DNA of 64,000 nt from Patescibacteria group bacterium (GTDB taxonomy: Bacteria; Patescibacteriota; UBA1384; XYA2-FULL-43-10; 1-14-0-10-43-13), in the NCBI GenBank assembly GCA_041649155.1, contig JBAZNP010000001.1, positions 673,183-737,182 of the forward strand. The letters run 5' to 3'. Position 1 is the first letter of the stretch. Each line of letters begins with the position of its first letter. A program made the translations under genes and the position numbers. Shown piece by piece: positions 39,097 to 48,875 of this stretch. The notes under the pieces are model-generated. The model saw only the letters and a list, made by a program, of their open reading frames with translations, was not told where the DNA came from and did not search any database.

Positions 39097-40886
39097 TGTT
39101 ACAAAATACGGAAACAAAATCTAAGTCAGGATTACTGATGGACGCATCTGCTCATTTTAGTGAATCAGGAACTTCTGATAACTTTTTGGAGCTTCAAAAG
39201 GCTCTTAGCGCTGCTTCTGAGGCGGATAAAAATAAACTACGTGCAAGATATGCAGGTAAAGAAGGTTCTGCGGTCGAAGCGTCTCAAGAAAAAGGTATTG
39301 AGACCAGTGAGCAGGAAAAATTTGATGAATTGATGGAGGCTGTGAATAAGTTTGAGGAATTGGCCAAAGAGACTAAGAACATTGAAAAAGAACTTCAGGA
39401 AGCCGAAAGGGCTCATGATGAACATTATAGTAGCTATGCTGGGAAGATTACTTTGGCTGATCAAAATAGAGAGAGGGGATTGGTTACACTTAGAGCTGAA
39501 GTCGGACAAAAGCTCGAAGAAATGATTGTATTAAAGGGTGATATTCTAGACAAATTATCAGATATTAAATCTCATGAACTGAGGGCGAAAACATATGAGC
39601 GATTTGAAAGAAAGAAACCTGATGAAGTAGGAATGTCCAGTGAAGTAAAGTTGGAAACAAAATCCGACAAACATACAGATGATTTAAAGCATCGAACACT
39701 TAATCATAAGGCTAGGGAAATAGTTAAGTCTAATCTTGAAAAAATAGCAAAAAAGAAAACAGAAGCGGAAAAAATTGTCGTAGAAGTGGCCCCTGAAAAT
39801 GTTGAGCCTTCTGTACAGGAAGAAACCGCTGTCGCAAATGATTTGAAAGAAGAAGAAATTAGAAATAATTCAGAAGATCATCTTGCGCCTGGGATTCAAA
39901 TTGGCCGAGAAGAGGAGAGTGAAACACCTAAACCAGAAGAAGTTCAGACTAAGTCTCCAAAGGATATTATTGAACAAAAAGCGGTTATTGATATTCCTGA
40001 ACAAAAACCCCAGCCAGTTGCAGAAAATAAATCTGAAATTAAAGACAAACCATCCGAACCTCCGGTTGAAATCATGGAAATTGGACCAGATGGCGATCCT
40101 GTTAGCGTTACAGATAATGAAGGAGACTTTAGGGAAGACGAGATAACTTTTGTTGATGGTTCGGCTCAGCAGAACATTCCACAATCAAAAGTGGGGGAAA
40201 GTGAAAAGCAAAAAGTAGATTCTTCAGAATTTATCGATAAAATCAGAGAAAAACAATCCGAAATTGCAGAAAGAATGGGACTGGAACTTAAGAAACCAGT
40301 TGCCGAACCGATAAGGAAAATTGACGACTTTTTGCCGCCAACATCCAGAATTGAACAGGCAGCGGAAACAATAGAGCAAGATTTAAATAAACCAATCGCA
40401 GCTGCAAAAGCAGAACCAATTATTGATGAGAAGACTGTGAGTTCTATTCCTGTTATCCCCGAGAAGTCGGGGATCCAAGATAGTGATAGATTAGTAGATT
40501 CCCGCCTACGCGGGAATGACAATGTGGAGGGCGGGAATGACAATGCGAAAATGGCTGAATCGGACGATCAAATATTAACTCAAAATATTCAAACAGCAGA
40601 GCCCGTTGTCCCTGAGCAGAAAATCGAACCGGTTCAGCCGGTTACGGAAGAAGTGGGTAATAATGATGCAGGCAATATGATAGATATCAAGCCGGCAATC
40701 GAGGCAAAAGAAATTCAATTAGAGCAGCCTTTGCCAGAGCAAAAGAGGGGATTCTTCGGGAGAATTTTTGGCGGGAATAACGCTGATAGGCATGGTGCTG
40801 AAGTGATAGCTGGAAAGGGTGATGAATTAACCGCTGACCACATACATCAAATATTGGGTGCTAATGAAGAGAAAGAAGCGGCATAG
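39096..40886 (+). CDS. hypothetical charged/low-complexity protein (596 aa) with an in-frame palindromic-element insertion
   Basis: Coiled-coil-like E/K-rich sequence. Element E7 encodes ...IPEKSGIQDSDRLVDSRLRGNDNVEGGNDNAKM. Confidence 0.4.
   Translation: MLQNTETKSKSGLLMDASAHFSESGTSDNFLELQKALSAASEADKNKLRARYAGKEGSAVEASQEKGIETSEQEKFDELMEAVNKFEELAKETKNIEKELQEAERAHDEHYSSYAGKITLADQNRERGLVTLRAEVGQKLEEMIVLKGDILDKLSDIKSHELRAKTYERFERKKPDEVGMSSEVKLETKSDKHTDDLKHRTLNHKAREIVKSNLEKIAKKKTEAEKIVVEVAPENVEPSVQEETAVANDLKEEEIRNNSEDHLAPGIQIGREEESETPKPEEVQTKSPKDIIEQKAVIDIPEQKPQPVAENKSEIKDKPSEPPVEIMEIGPDGDPVSVTDNEGDFREDEITFVDGSAQQNIPQSKVGESEKQKVDSSEFIDKIREKQSEIAERMGLELKKPVAEPIRKIDDFLPPTSRIEQAAETIEQDLNKPIAAAKAEPIIDEKTVSSIPVIPEKSGIQDSDRLVDSRLRGNDNVEGGNDNAKMAESDDQILTQNIQTAEPVVPEQKIEPVQPVTEEVGNNDAGNMIDIKPAIEAKEIQLEQPLPEQKRGFFGRIFGGNNADRHGAEVIAGKGDELTADHIHQILGANEEKEAA
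40455..40545. repeat. palindromic mini-element E7, in-frame inside the CDS
   Basis: atccccgagaagtcggggatc ... attcccgcctacgcgggaatgacaatgtggagggcgggaatgacaatg has the same arms as E6 (cccgcgaaggcgggaat). Confidence 0.6.
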
Positions 40887-40963
40887 AATCTTATTAACCT
40901 CACCTAACCCTGCCTACCGGCAGGCAGGCTCTCCTTGAAAAGGAGAGGGAGCAAAAAAACAAA

Positions 40964-43501
40964 ATGACAGACGATTATTATAATGGATATGAAAGTTCAA
41001 GTGGATCAAATTGGTGGATTTGGTTGGTTGTTTTTGTTGTCGCAATTATTCTGATTTATATTATTTATCAGAAGATAAGAAAGTCAGTATTACGAAAAAA
41101 CCAAATTAATTTGACTAAAGACTGGACAATGTACAAGGTTCTAGTGCCAAGAGAAAGGCATGCAGGAGAAGATGATCAACGCAAAAATTTTCAGGAAATG
41201 TTGTCAGTTATTGAACCTTTTTATGCAAACTTGAATGCAATGTTTGATAACACTGTCTCAAAAAGACTTCAGGGGCAGGATCATATTTCGCTGGAATTAA
41301 TTGCTAAAGATAATTTAATAAGTTTCTACATCGGTTGCTCCAAGAAAATATCTAATAGTATTTTAAAAAATCTCCATGCCCAATATCCTTATGCAGAAAT
41401 TACTGAAGATAAAAACTATTCAGTTTTTCCAAATAAGCCGTTAAAAATTGATATTGCCAATTTGGGGCTAATAAAAAGATATATTTTTCCCCTAAAAACA
41501 TACAAAACATTGGAAGAGGATCCCCTTAATGCTTTATCTAATTCACTATCGAAGTTGTCCGAGGATGAGCTGGCAGGGGTGCAATTTTTACTAAGGCCAA
41601 CCACAGGTGTCTGGAGAACGGCGGGAGAGAGGGCGGCGTTCAATATTCAGCACGGAAAATCCCGTGTTTCTCATTCAAACTCAGCTACAGTTAGAGCAGG
41701 GGAGGCATTTTTTAATTTTCTAGGTTCCGCGACGCAAACTGCGCAGGGAAAAGGGGAAGGCGAGCACTCCGAGCTATATGATCCAAAGAACCCAATGAAG
41801 TTAACTCCAATGCAGGAAAGTCAAATAAAGCTTTTAGGAGAAAAAGTCTCCAAGCTTGGATTTGAGTGTCAAATAAGAATTGTGAGTGTTGCTCCCACTA
41901 TGGAAAAAGCTCGCCAAAATACTAAAGAAATCGCTTCAATATTCAATCAATTTAATTCTCCTGACTCCAATGGGCTGAATATCAAATATCCAAAAAAGAG
42001 ATCAGAAGACATAGCGAACTATGTTTTCAGGCTTTTCGGTAGGGGACCGAGATTAATTTTAAATACTGAGGAGTTATCTTCCCTATATCATTTACCAAAT
42101 CGTTTTATTGAAACCCCAAATATTGCGTGGCTGTTAGCTAAAAAAGAGCCACCTCCATCAAATTTGCCAAAAGAAGGGACAATAATCGGAAACAGTGTAT
42201 TTAGGGGGAGTGAACTTCCAATTAAAATCAAAGAGTTAGATCGGCTGAGGCACGTTTATATGATAGGTAAAACCGGTGTTGGTAAAACCGTGCTTTTCGA
42301 AAATATGATCCTTCAGGATATAAAAGAAGGAAAGGGTGTCTGCTACCTTGATCCAAATGGAGATGCGGCAGAATACATTTTAAGCCGGATACCAAAAGAA
42401 AGAGCCGACGATGTAATTTACTTCAATCCAGCTGATATAGAGAGGCCAATGGGATTGAATTTGCTTGAATGGAAGACTCCTGAGCAGAGAGATTTCTTAG
42501 TTCAGGAAGCTATTCAAATATTTTATAAACTTTTTGATCCGGGGCAGACTGGAATTGTTGGACCGCAGTTTGAACACTGGATGAGAAATGCAGCCTTAAC
42601 TTTGATGGCTCATCCAGAAGGTGGAACCCTTATTGATATTCCAAGATTGTTTACTGACCCTGATTTTGAAAAGGACCGTGTGAAATATGTGCAAGATCCA
42701 GTAGTGAAAAACTTTTGGGAGAAGCAAATGGCTAAAACTGCTGATTTCCATAAGTCAGAAATGTTAAATTATTTCACTTCAAAATTTGGTCGCTTTATGA
42801 CCAATGATATGATGAGAAATATTTTGGGTCAGACTAAGTCATCATTTGACTTCAGGGATGTGATGGATAACAAGAAAATTCTGATCTGCAATTTATCAAA
42901 AGGATTAATAGGGGAGATCAACGCTTTTCTTCTGGGTATGATAATCGTATCCAAGATAGCGATCGGCGCTTTTTCCCGTCAGGATTTAACAGAAGAAGAG
43001 AGAATTCCCTTTTATCTTTATGTTGATGAATTCCAGAACTTTATTACAGATGTTTTTGCAACTATTCTTTCTGAGTCGAGAAAATACAAATTATCTTTAA
43101 ATATCACAAACCAGTACATTGCGCAGCTGGATGAAAAAATACGTGATGCTGTTATTGGTAATGCCGGCACTTTGGTGTCATTCAGAATTGGTGCGGCGGA
43201 TGCGGACTTTTTGGTTAAAGAATTTGATCCTCTTAAGCCTGACGATATGACCAATATTGATAAGTATAATTTTTATATAAAAATGCTGATTGATGGCGCA
43301 CCGACAAAGCCGTTTAATGGTCAGAGTTTGGCTCCCGATCCCAATGCAAATAGTCAGCTTAGCGCAGCTATAAAAGAATTATCAAGACTGAAATATGGGA
43401 AGCCAAAAGATCAAGTTAATAATGAAATATTAGATAGAACTAAAGTTGACTCTATAGATTTACCAGGGATTAGTTCTACGGATGCAGTGAAAACAGCATA
43501 G
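40964..43501 (+). CDS. TraG/VirD4/TraD-like (type IV coupling protein-like) P-loop ATPase with N-terminal TM and a 400-aa N-terminal domain
   Basis: TM WWIWLVVFVVAIILIYIIY. Walker A IGKTGVGKT (near 42264). Walker B/TraG-D_C-like YLYVDEFQNF. Arginine-finger/Q motif SESRKYKLSLNITNQYIAQL. Ends with IGNAGTLVSFRIGAADADFL. Confidence 0.6.
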   Translation: MTDDYYNGYESSSGSNWWIWLVVFVVAIILIYIIYQKIRKSVLRKNQINLTKDWTMYKVLVPRERHAGEDDQRKNFQEMLSVIEPFYANLNAMFDNTVSKRLQGQDHISLELIAKDNLISFYIGCSKKISNSILKNLHAQYPYAEITEDKNYSVFPNKPLKIDIANLGLIKRYIFPLKTYKTLEEDPLNALSNSLSKLSEDELAGVQFLLRPTTGVWRTAGERAAFNIQHGKSRVSHSNSATVRAGEAFFNFLGSATQTAQGKGEGEHSELYDPKNPMKLTPMQESQIKLLGEKVSKLGFECQIRIVSVAPTMEKARQNTKEIASIFNQFNSPDSNGLNIKYPKKRSEDIANYVFRLFGRGPRLILNTEELSSLYHLPNRFIETPNIAWLLAKKEPPPSNLPKEGTIIGNSVFRGSELPIKIKELDRLRHVYMIGKTGVGKTVLFENMILQDIKEGKGVCYLDPNGDAAEYILSRIPKERADDVIYFNPADIERPMGLNLLEWKTPEQRDFLVQEAIQIFYKLFDPGQTGIVGPQFEHWMRNAALTLMAHPEGGTLIDIPRLFTDPDFEKDRVKYVQDPVVKNFWEKQMAKTADFHKSEMLNYFTSKFGRFMTNDMMRNILGQTKSSFDFRDVMDNKKILICNLSKGLIGEINAFLLGMIIVSKIAIGAFSRQDLTEEERIPFYLYVDEFQNFITDVFATILSESRKYKLSLNITNQYIAQLDEKIRDAVIGNAGTLVSFRIGAADADFLVKEFDPLKPDDMTNIDKYNFYIKMLIDGAPTKPFNGQSLAPDPNANSQLSAAIKELSRLKYGKPKDQVNNEILDRTKVDSIDLPGISSTDAVKTA

Positions 43502-43562
43502 ATAGTTAATAAATGATAGTCTAATGATAGTCTATAGTTAATGGACTTCATAGAAAAAATCG

Positions 43563-43596
43563 CCTGTTATTTCAAAGGCGGTTTTTTAATTAAAAA
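43563..43596 (+). terminator. Rho-independent terminator
   Basis: aaaaaatcgcctgttatttcaaaggcggtttttt. Confidence 0.55.
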
Positions 43597-43670
43597 ATGT
43601 TGACGTCTGATCAATTATGTGGTAGGATAATTGCGTAAAAGGGGATAAAAAAACAAACAATCGGAGCATT

Positions 43671-44177
43671 ATGCCTCAAGAAAAAGAATTACAAGCGATT
43701 AAACACTTACTTGATTCTGCTGAAAATAATATCAGGCAGGTAAAAAGTATACTATTTGCGTCTGAAATTACAAAAAAAGCTCAAGATCTTGAGGAAAGTG
43801 GAGATGGCACAGTGATAGAAGGCGTGTTCGATGGTGAGAATATGATCGGTCCTGATAAGACAAAGTATCCAACACCTCCAAACTATGCGTCAAAATCAAA
43901 ACTTATTCCCGGTGATGTATTAAAATTGACAATACTTCCAGACGGATCATTTCTTTTCAAGCAAATTGGCCCGATAAAAAGAAAGAAGATCATTGGTGAG
44001 CTTGAAGAAATATCAGAAGGAAAGTTTATTGTTAATGCAGAAGGCAGGAAATATAGAGTTCTCCTTGCATCTGTGACATATTTTAAGGCTAATAATGGGG
44101 ACAAATTAACCATTATAGTGCCAGAAAAAGATGAGTCAGAGTGGGCAGCAGTAGAAAATATATTAGAAGGTAAATAA
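43671..44177 (+). CDS. hypothetical protein (168 aa)
   Basis: ORF with RBS ggag. No recognisable motif. Confidence 0.35.
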   Translation: MPQEKELQAIKHLLDSAENNIRQVKSILFASEITKKAQDLEESGDGTVIEGVFDGENMIGPDKTKYPTPPNYASKSKLIPGDVLKLTILPDGSFLFKQIGPIKRKKIIGELEEISEGKFIVNAEGRKYRVLLASVTYFKANNGDKLTIIVPEKDESEWAAVENILEGK

Positions 44178-44178
44178 A

Positions 44179-45213
44179 ATGACAACAATAAAGAATTTTA
44201 GTCCCTACAAAATTGTTAAAAAGGCAATGGAAAGCTTAAAACCAAATGAGGTTAAAGTTATTGCAGGTCGTTTTGGTATTGATGAAGACAGAAAGACTCT
44301 TTCCTCTATTGGTAAAGAATTAAATCTTTCGAGAGAAAGAATTCGTCAAATTGAAAAAGAGGGACTTAAAAAGCTTGCATCTAAAATCGTCGATCGTAAA
44401 AATGAATATCTTGAATTAATCATTCAATCATTTAAGCAAAGCGGTGGAATTGCCAAGCATGAAAATATCGCAAATAAGTTTTTGGAAGAGAGTTTGAAAT
44501 CAAATAAAAATGAATTTAATGCTTTGCATTTGATTTTCTTTCTCATGCCGGAACTTAAGAAGATCGATAAGACTAGAGAACTGGAAGCAAGCTGGGTCAT
44601 TGCTTCTTTATCTAAAGATGAAGTTCTTGGAATTATTAATAATTGGGTTGATCATCTACAAAAAGTGAAAAAACCAACTACGATAGATATTCTCGTAAAA
44701 GAAAATCCTAGTCATAATAAATATGAAATGACCTTTTTGTCCGAATTACCTTACATCAGTAAAAAGCTGGTTAAAACAGAAAATGACTTTATTGGATTAG
44801 CATCTTGGCCTGAAGTAAATCCTAAAAATGTGCGCGATAAAATTTACTATATCCTAAAAAAAGAAGGTAAACCTGTTCACTTTGAAATAATTGCAAAGAA
44901 GATTAATGAAGAAAAATTTTCAAAGAAAAAAGTTGTAAAAGCCACTGTTCACAATGAATTAATTGCTGACGACAGATTTATTCTAGTAGGCAGAGGAATT
45001 TATGCACTTAGAGAATGGGGATACGAGCCCGGAACAGTGAGAGATATTATAAAAAATATTTTAGATATTCATAATCATTCTATGAAGGTTGATGAAATTG
45101 TTTCAGAAGTTCTAAAACAAAGAACTGTTAAGAAAAACACTATTTTGATTAACTTGCAAACAAAGTCGGATTTTAAAAAAGCCGGCAAAGATAGCTACGA
45201 ACTCGCTAAGTAA
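44179..45213 (+). CDS. sigma-70 region-4-like HTH protein with 270-aa C-terminal extension (not a canonical sigma factor)
   Basis: VKVIAGRFGIDEDRKTLSSIGKELNLSRERIRQIEKEGLKKLASKI matches the sigma70 region 4.2 HTH. No region 2. Start overlaps the upstream stop. Confidence 0.5.
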   Translation: MTTIKNFSPYKIVKKAMESLKPNEVKVIAGRFGIDEDRKTLSSIGKELNLSRERIRQIEKEGLKKLASKIVDRKNEYLELIIQSFKQSGGIAKHENIANKFLEESLKSNKNEFNALHLIFFLMPELKKIDKTRELEASWVIASLSKDEVLGIINNWVDHLQKVKKPTTIDILVKENPSHNKYEMTFLSELPYISKKLVKTENDFIGLASWPEVNPKNVRDKIYYILKKEGKPVHFEIIAKKINEEKFSKKKVVKATVHNELIADDRFILVGRGIYALREWGYEPGTVRDIIKNILDIHNHSMKVDEIVSEVLKQRTVKKNTILINLQTKSDFKKAGKDSYELAK

Positions 45214-45306
45214 TTAGCAAAAACATTGAGAATGATGTAAAATAGTGTTAGAAAGTAAACGCGATATAATTTGGCGTTTACTTGTAAAACAAAATGGGGG
45301 AGCTCT

Positions 45307-48300
45307 ATGCAGATTTTTTTATTTCTAATTTTAGTTGTAATTGTGTTAGCCGCAGGCTATCTTATTTTGATTTTAACTAAAATCAAAAATGCAAAAGCCA
45401 AGCAGGAGTGGATGGAGTCGCAAGAATATACGACCTTGCGAATTGATGTACCTAAAAATAATGACAAAAAACCACTTTCTGCCGAACAAATGTTTGCTTC
45501 CATTCATGGAATATATTCTGAAAATTCTCTTTTTCAGAACCATTTGAGTTTTGAAATAGTTGCCCGAGACAAATTCATTCAGTTTTATGTGTATGTGCCG
45601 AAACATATTAAGGACTTTGTTGAGGGCCAAATCTATGCTCAGTATCCAGCAGTCGAAATTCATGAAGTTCCTGATTATACGGAGTCTGTAAAGCCGACAG
45701 ATGGAATTAATTTTGCCGTTTGCGACTTAAACATGACAAAACCGGATGTCTATCCGGTGAAATTTTTTACTGATTTTGAGGTTGACCCATTGAGTGGTAT
45801 TACTTCTGTTATGACTAAGCTTAATCAGGGTGAAGAAGTATGGTTTCAATTGGTCATGAAGCCGGTAGGGGATGAGTGGCAAGAAAAAGGCAATAGCATC
45901 GTTTCGGCAGTCAGGGCCGGACGTAAACCAGGTGGGGTGGGCATTTCTAGCACTATATTAGGTCATTTAAAACAATTTTCAAAGGCTTTTATTCAGCAGG
46001 CGATTCAGCCTGGAGTCGAGACAGAAGAAAGCAAAAGCGAGGTTAAACTTCCAGCTACTGTGGAGGAGGCTCTTAAAGGGATTGAACAAAAAATAGTTAA
46101 ATTAGGGTTTGAGACAAAAATTCGTATTCTTTCAATCTCGAACGATCCCATTTCAGCTAAAGTGAGATGCCAAAGTGTCTCAGCTGCTTTTAAACAATTC
46201 AATACAACAAATTTAAATGGTTTTAAGGTCGGGGAAATAGTCACGAACAATTATGATACATGGAAAGACTTTTCTCAAAGGTCATTTGAAGATGCGGGTA
46301 ATATTCTTAATATCGCCGAGCTTGCTTCTATTTATCATCTTCCTCATGAAACTGTAGAAACACCAAACATTGTTTGGTCGGGCGCAAAAAAGGGTGAACC
46401 ACCGGCAAATTTGCCTTTCAGAGAAAATATATCCGAAGAGGTTTTGACCGTTATTGGCATGACTAATTTTAGAAGCACTTTTCATGAATTCGGTATAAAA
46501 AATGATGACAGAAGAAGGCATATCTATATTGTGGGTAAGTCTGGTACTGGTAAATCAACTCTGATTGAAAATATGGCTGTTGATGATGTAGTTAGGGGCA
46601 AAGGCGTAATAATTGTTGATCCTCATGGTGAATTGGCAGATAAAGTTATATCTTGTGTACCTGATTATCGAATTAATGATGTTATTGTTTTTGATCCTGC
46701 TGATCGAGCATACCCGATTGGTTTTAACCTGTTGGAACACGTAGAGGATGATTTTAAGGGCATGGTTGCTTCTGGATTTGTAGGGATATTTAAAAAAATC
46801 TTCGGTGATTCATGGGGCCCCCGTTTGGAGCATATCTTAAGAAATACTGTTTTGGCATTGCTTGATTTTACAGAATCGACAATGCTTGATATTCCACGAA
46901 TGCTTACGGATAACCGTTTTAGAGATCGTGTAGTTGAAAAAGTTAAGGATCCGGTAATCAGGGACTTCTGGGTAAATGAATTTGCTCAATATGATAGTAA
47001 GTTCAGAACTGAAGCAGTGTCTCCGATTTTGAATAAAGTCGGTCAATTTTTGGCGACTGCTACTATTCGAAATATTGTTGGCCAGTCAAAATCAAAAATC
47101 AATATCAGGGAAATTATGGATCAGAAGAAGATATTGATTGTAAATCTTTCCCGTGGAAAAATTGGCGAAGACAATTCCGCTTTGCTCGGTGCTATGATGA
47201 TTACCAAAATTCAGCTTGCAGCAATGAGTCGTGCTGATGTTACGGCAGATAAGAGAGCAGATTGTTTCTTATATGTTGACGAGTTTCAGAACTTTGCTAC
47301 AGAATCTTTTGCAACCATTTTGTCAGAAGCGAGAAAATATAATCTATGTTTGACGATGGCTAACCAGTACATTGAGCAGATGTCTGAAGAGGTAAGAAGT
47401 GCTGTGTTCGGTAATGCCGGCACTATTGCGGCATTTAGGGTTGGCGGAGCTGACGCTGATTTTCTGGTTAAGGAATTTGAGCCTGTATTTGATGCAAACG
47501 ATATGGTTAATCTTGATAAATATAACATCTATATTAAACTTTTGATTGACGGTATTTCTTCGCCGGCTTTTTCGGCTAAGACTTTACCGCCGGTTCAAAA
47601 ACTTACCGGTAATGTTGAGAAAATTGTCAATCAATCGCACGAAAAATACTCTTCTTTGCGTTCAGTGATAGAAGAAAAGATTATCAATAGGGACAAGGAA
47701 GAAGAAGCTCTTCTTAAAGCTGAAGCTGAAGCTTTTAAACAAGGTGGATTAGAAGCTTTATTAGTAAAAAAAGCTGATCATTCTACGGTTCATGTTGCGT
47801 CGCCGGAAAAGAAATCCGATGCGTTTGGTGAAGCGCCAAAGGAGACGGGGGATAGTCTTAAAAGAGAAAGTGTGCCAGAAAGAGTAACGTCAGAAAATAC
47901 AGAAAATACTGAGGACTATATCAAGAAGGAATCCAAGCCGCGTGTTTTTAGATATCAAAATATAATTGGCGATAAAATCTATAAAGAGCAAACCGCGAGA
48001 GGGGGAGTAAAGTGGTATGTTGGAGAGGAAATCGATCTTGCTAAGCAGAAAGAGCTTGGTGTGGAAGTTTTGAAAGATGGCGAAAAAATGATTGAATTGG
48101 CAAACAAGGTCAAAAAATCTGCCGTTAACGTAAGCCATGAGAGAACGGAGGATCCAAAAGATACAGATTTAAACAAAACCGATTCTACTATTAAAGATCG
48201 CGAAACAGGATCAAAGGAAACTAAAAAAGTAGAAGATGAAAAATCTTTAACACCTTCTAAAGAACCTGATGTGATCATTCAGGAAGAAAAAGGCGAGAAA

Positions 48301-48393
48301 GCAAAAGAAACTACTACCAAAGATAATAAAACCAATATTGTTAATCATGCCGATGCGAAACACCTAACAGAAGGTGAAGAAACAGTTTTGTAA
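45307..48393 (+). CDS. second TraG/VirD4/TraD-like ATPase (paralog) with C-terminal 330-aa charged extension
   Basis: RBS gggggag then ATG. TM IFLFLILVVIVLAAGYLILIL. Walker A VGKSGTGKS (near 46535). FLYVDEFQNF. SEARKYNLCLTMANQYIEQM. FGNAGTIAAFRVGGADADFL. N-domain shares YAQYP(A/Y)(V/A)EI with the first copy. Confidence 0.6.
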   Translation: MQIFLFLILVVIVLAAGYLILILTKIKNAKAKQEWMESQEYTTLRIDVPKNNDKKPLSAEQMFASIHGIYSENSLFQNHLSFEIVARDKFIQFYVYVPKHIKDFVEGQIYAQYPAVEIHEVPDYTESVKPTDGINFAVCDLNMTKPDVYPVKFFTDFEVDPLSGITSVMTKLNQGEEVWFQLVMKPVGDEWQEKGNSIVSAVRAGRKPGGVGISSTILGHLKQFSKAFIQQAIQPGVETEESKSEVKLPATVEEALKGIEQKIVKLGFETKIRILSISNDPISAKVRCQSVSAAFKQFNTTNLNGFKVGEIVTNNYDTWKDFSQRSFEDAGNILNIAELASIYHLPHETVETPNIVWSGAKKGEPPANLPFRENISEEVLTVIGMTNFRSTFHEFGIKNDDRRRHIYIVGKSGTGKSTLIENMAVDDVVRGKGVIIVDPHGELADKVISCVPDYRINDVIVFDPADRAYPIGFNLLEHVEDDFKGMVASGFVGIFKKIFGDSWGPRLEHILRNTVLALLDFTESTMLDIPRMLTDNRFRDRVVEKVKDPVIRDFWVNEFAQYDSKFRTEAVSPILNKVGQFLATATIRNIVGQSKSKINIREIMDQKKILIVNLSRGKIGEDNSALLGAMMITKIQLAAMSRADVTADKRADCFLYVDEFQNFATESFATILSEARKYNLCLTMANQYIEQMSEEVRSAVFGNAGTIAAFRVGGADADFLVKEFEPVFDANDMVNLDKYNIYIKLLIDGISSPAFSAKTLPPVQKLTGNVEKIVNQSHEKYSSLRSVIEEKIINRDKEEEALLKAEAEAFKQGGLEALLVKKADHSTVHVASPEKKSDAFGEAPKETGDSLKRESVPERVTSENTENTEDYIKKESKPRVFRYQNIIGDKIYKEQTARGGVKWYVGEEIDLAKQKELGVEVLKDGEKMIELANKVKKSAVNVSHERTEDPKDTDLNKTDSTIKDRETGSKETKKVEDEKSLTPSKEPDVIIQEEKGEKAKETTTKDNKTNIVNHADAKHLTEGEETVL

Positions 48394-48617
48394 AACTGAG
48401 AGCTTAGATTTTAATTTAAGGGATTTTTTCGATTTTTCGGCAGGGGATAATGAAATCGGGGGAGTGCCTTATTTTTCATTTTATTCTATTTTTTATTTCT
48501 CAACAAAAAGTACCCCCTCTTTCTTTTCTGAAATCATTAAAATAAAATGAAAAATAGAATAAAAAAAAGAGGCTTATTTTATTTTATAATTTTATTATTT
48601 TAATGTAATTATTATTG

Positions 48618-48704
48618 TCATTTCGACCCCGTGCCCGTGAAACGGTTGGAGAAATCTTAATTAAGATGGGTTGAAAGATCCCTCCACGTTGGTTGGGATG
48701 ACAA
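48618..48704. repeat. palindromic mini-element E8
   Basis: tgtcatttcgaccccgtgcccgtgaaacggttgg...gatccctccacgttggttgggatgacaa. The terminal part is the reverse complement of E9. Confidence 0.6.
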
Positions 48705-48847
48705 TAGTGAGTTATATTGACCAAGAGGACTGGTTCGGAGAGCTGAGAAAGGCTTCTAGGGGGCTTTGCATGAGTCTGATATGAGAACTATTATGTGTCC
48801 TCGGTACAATAAATACTGGATTGCGTCGTGGCGATTTTGCATGAATA

Positions 48848-48875
48848 ATGTCGCATAACATGCATTATGCGACAT
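48848..48875. promoter_or_regulatory. dif-like 28-bp site (11-6-11) in the convergent intergenic region
   Basis: ATGTCGCATAA-CATGCA-TTATGCGACAT: perfectly palindromic 11-bp arms whose inner ends match dif/XerCD arms (…CGCATAA / TTATG…). Located exactly where gene orientation switches from + to -. Confidence 0.4.

Noticed and set aside
45373-48278. Multiple 60-100-aa minus-strand ORFs inside the second ATPase gene
   Set aside because: Antisense to a gene with a full set of ATPase motifs; no independent support.
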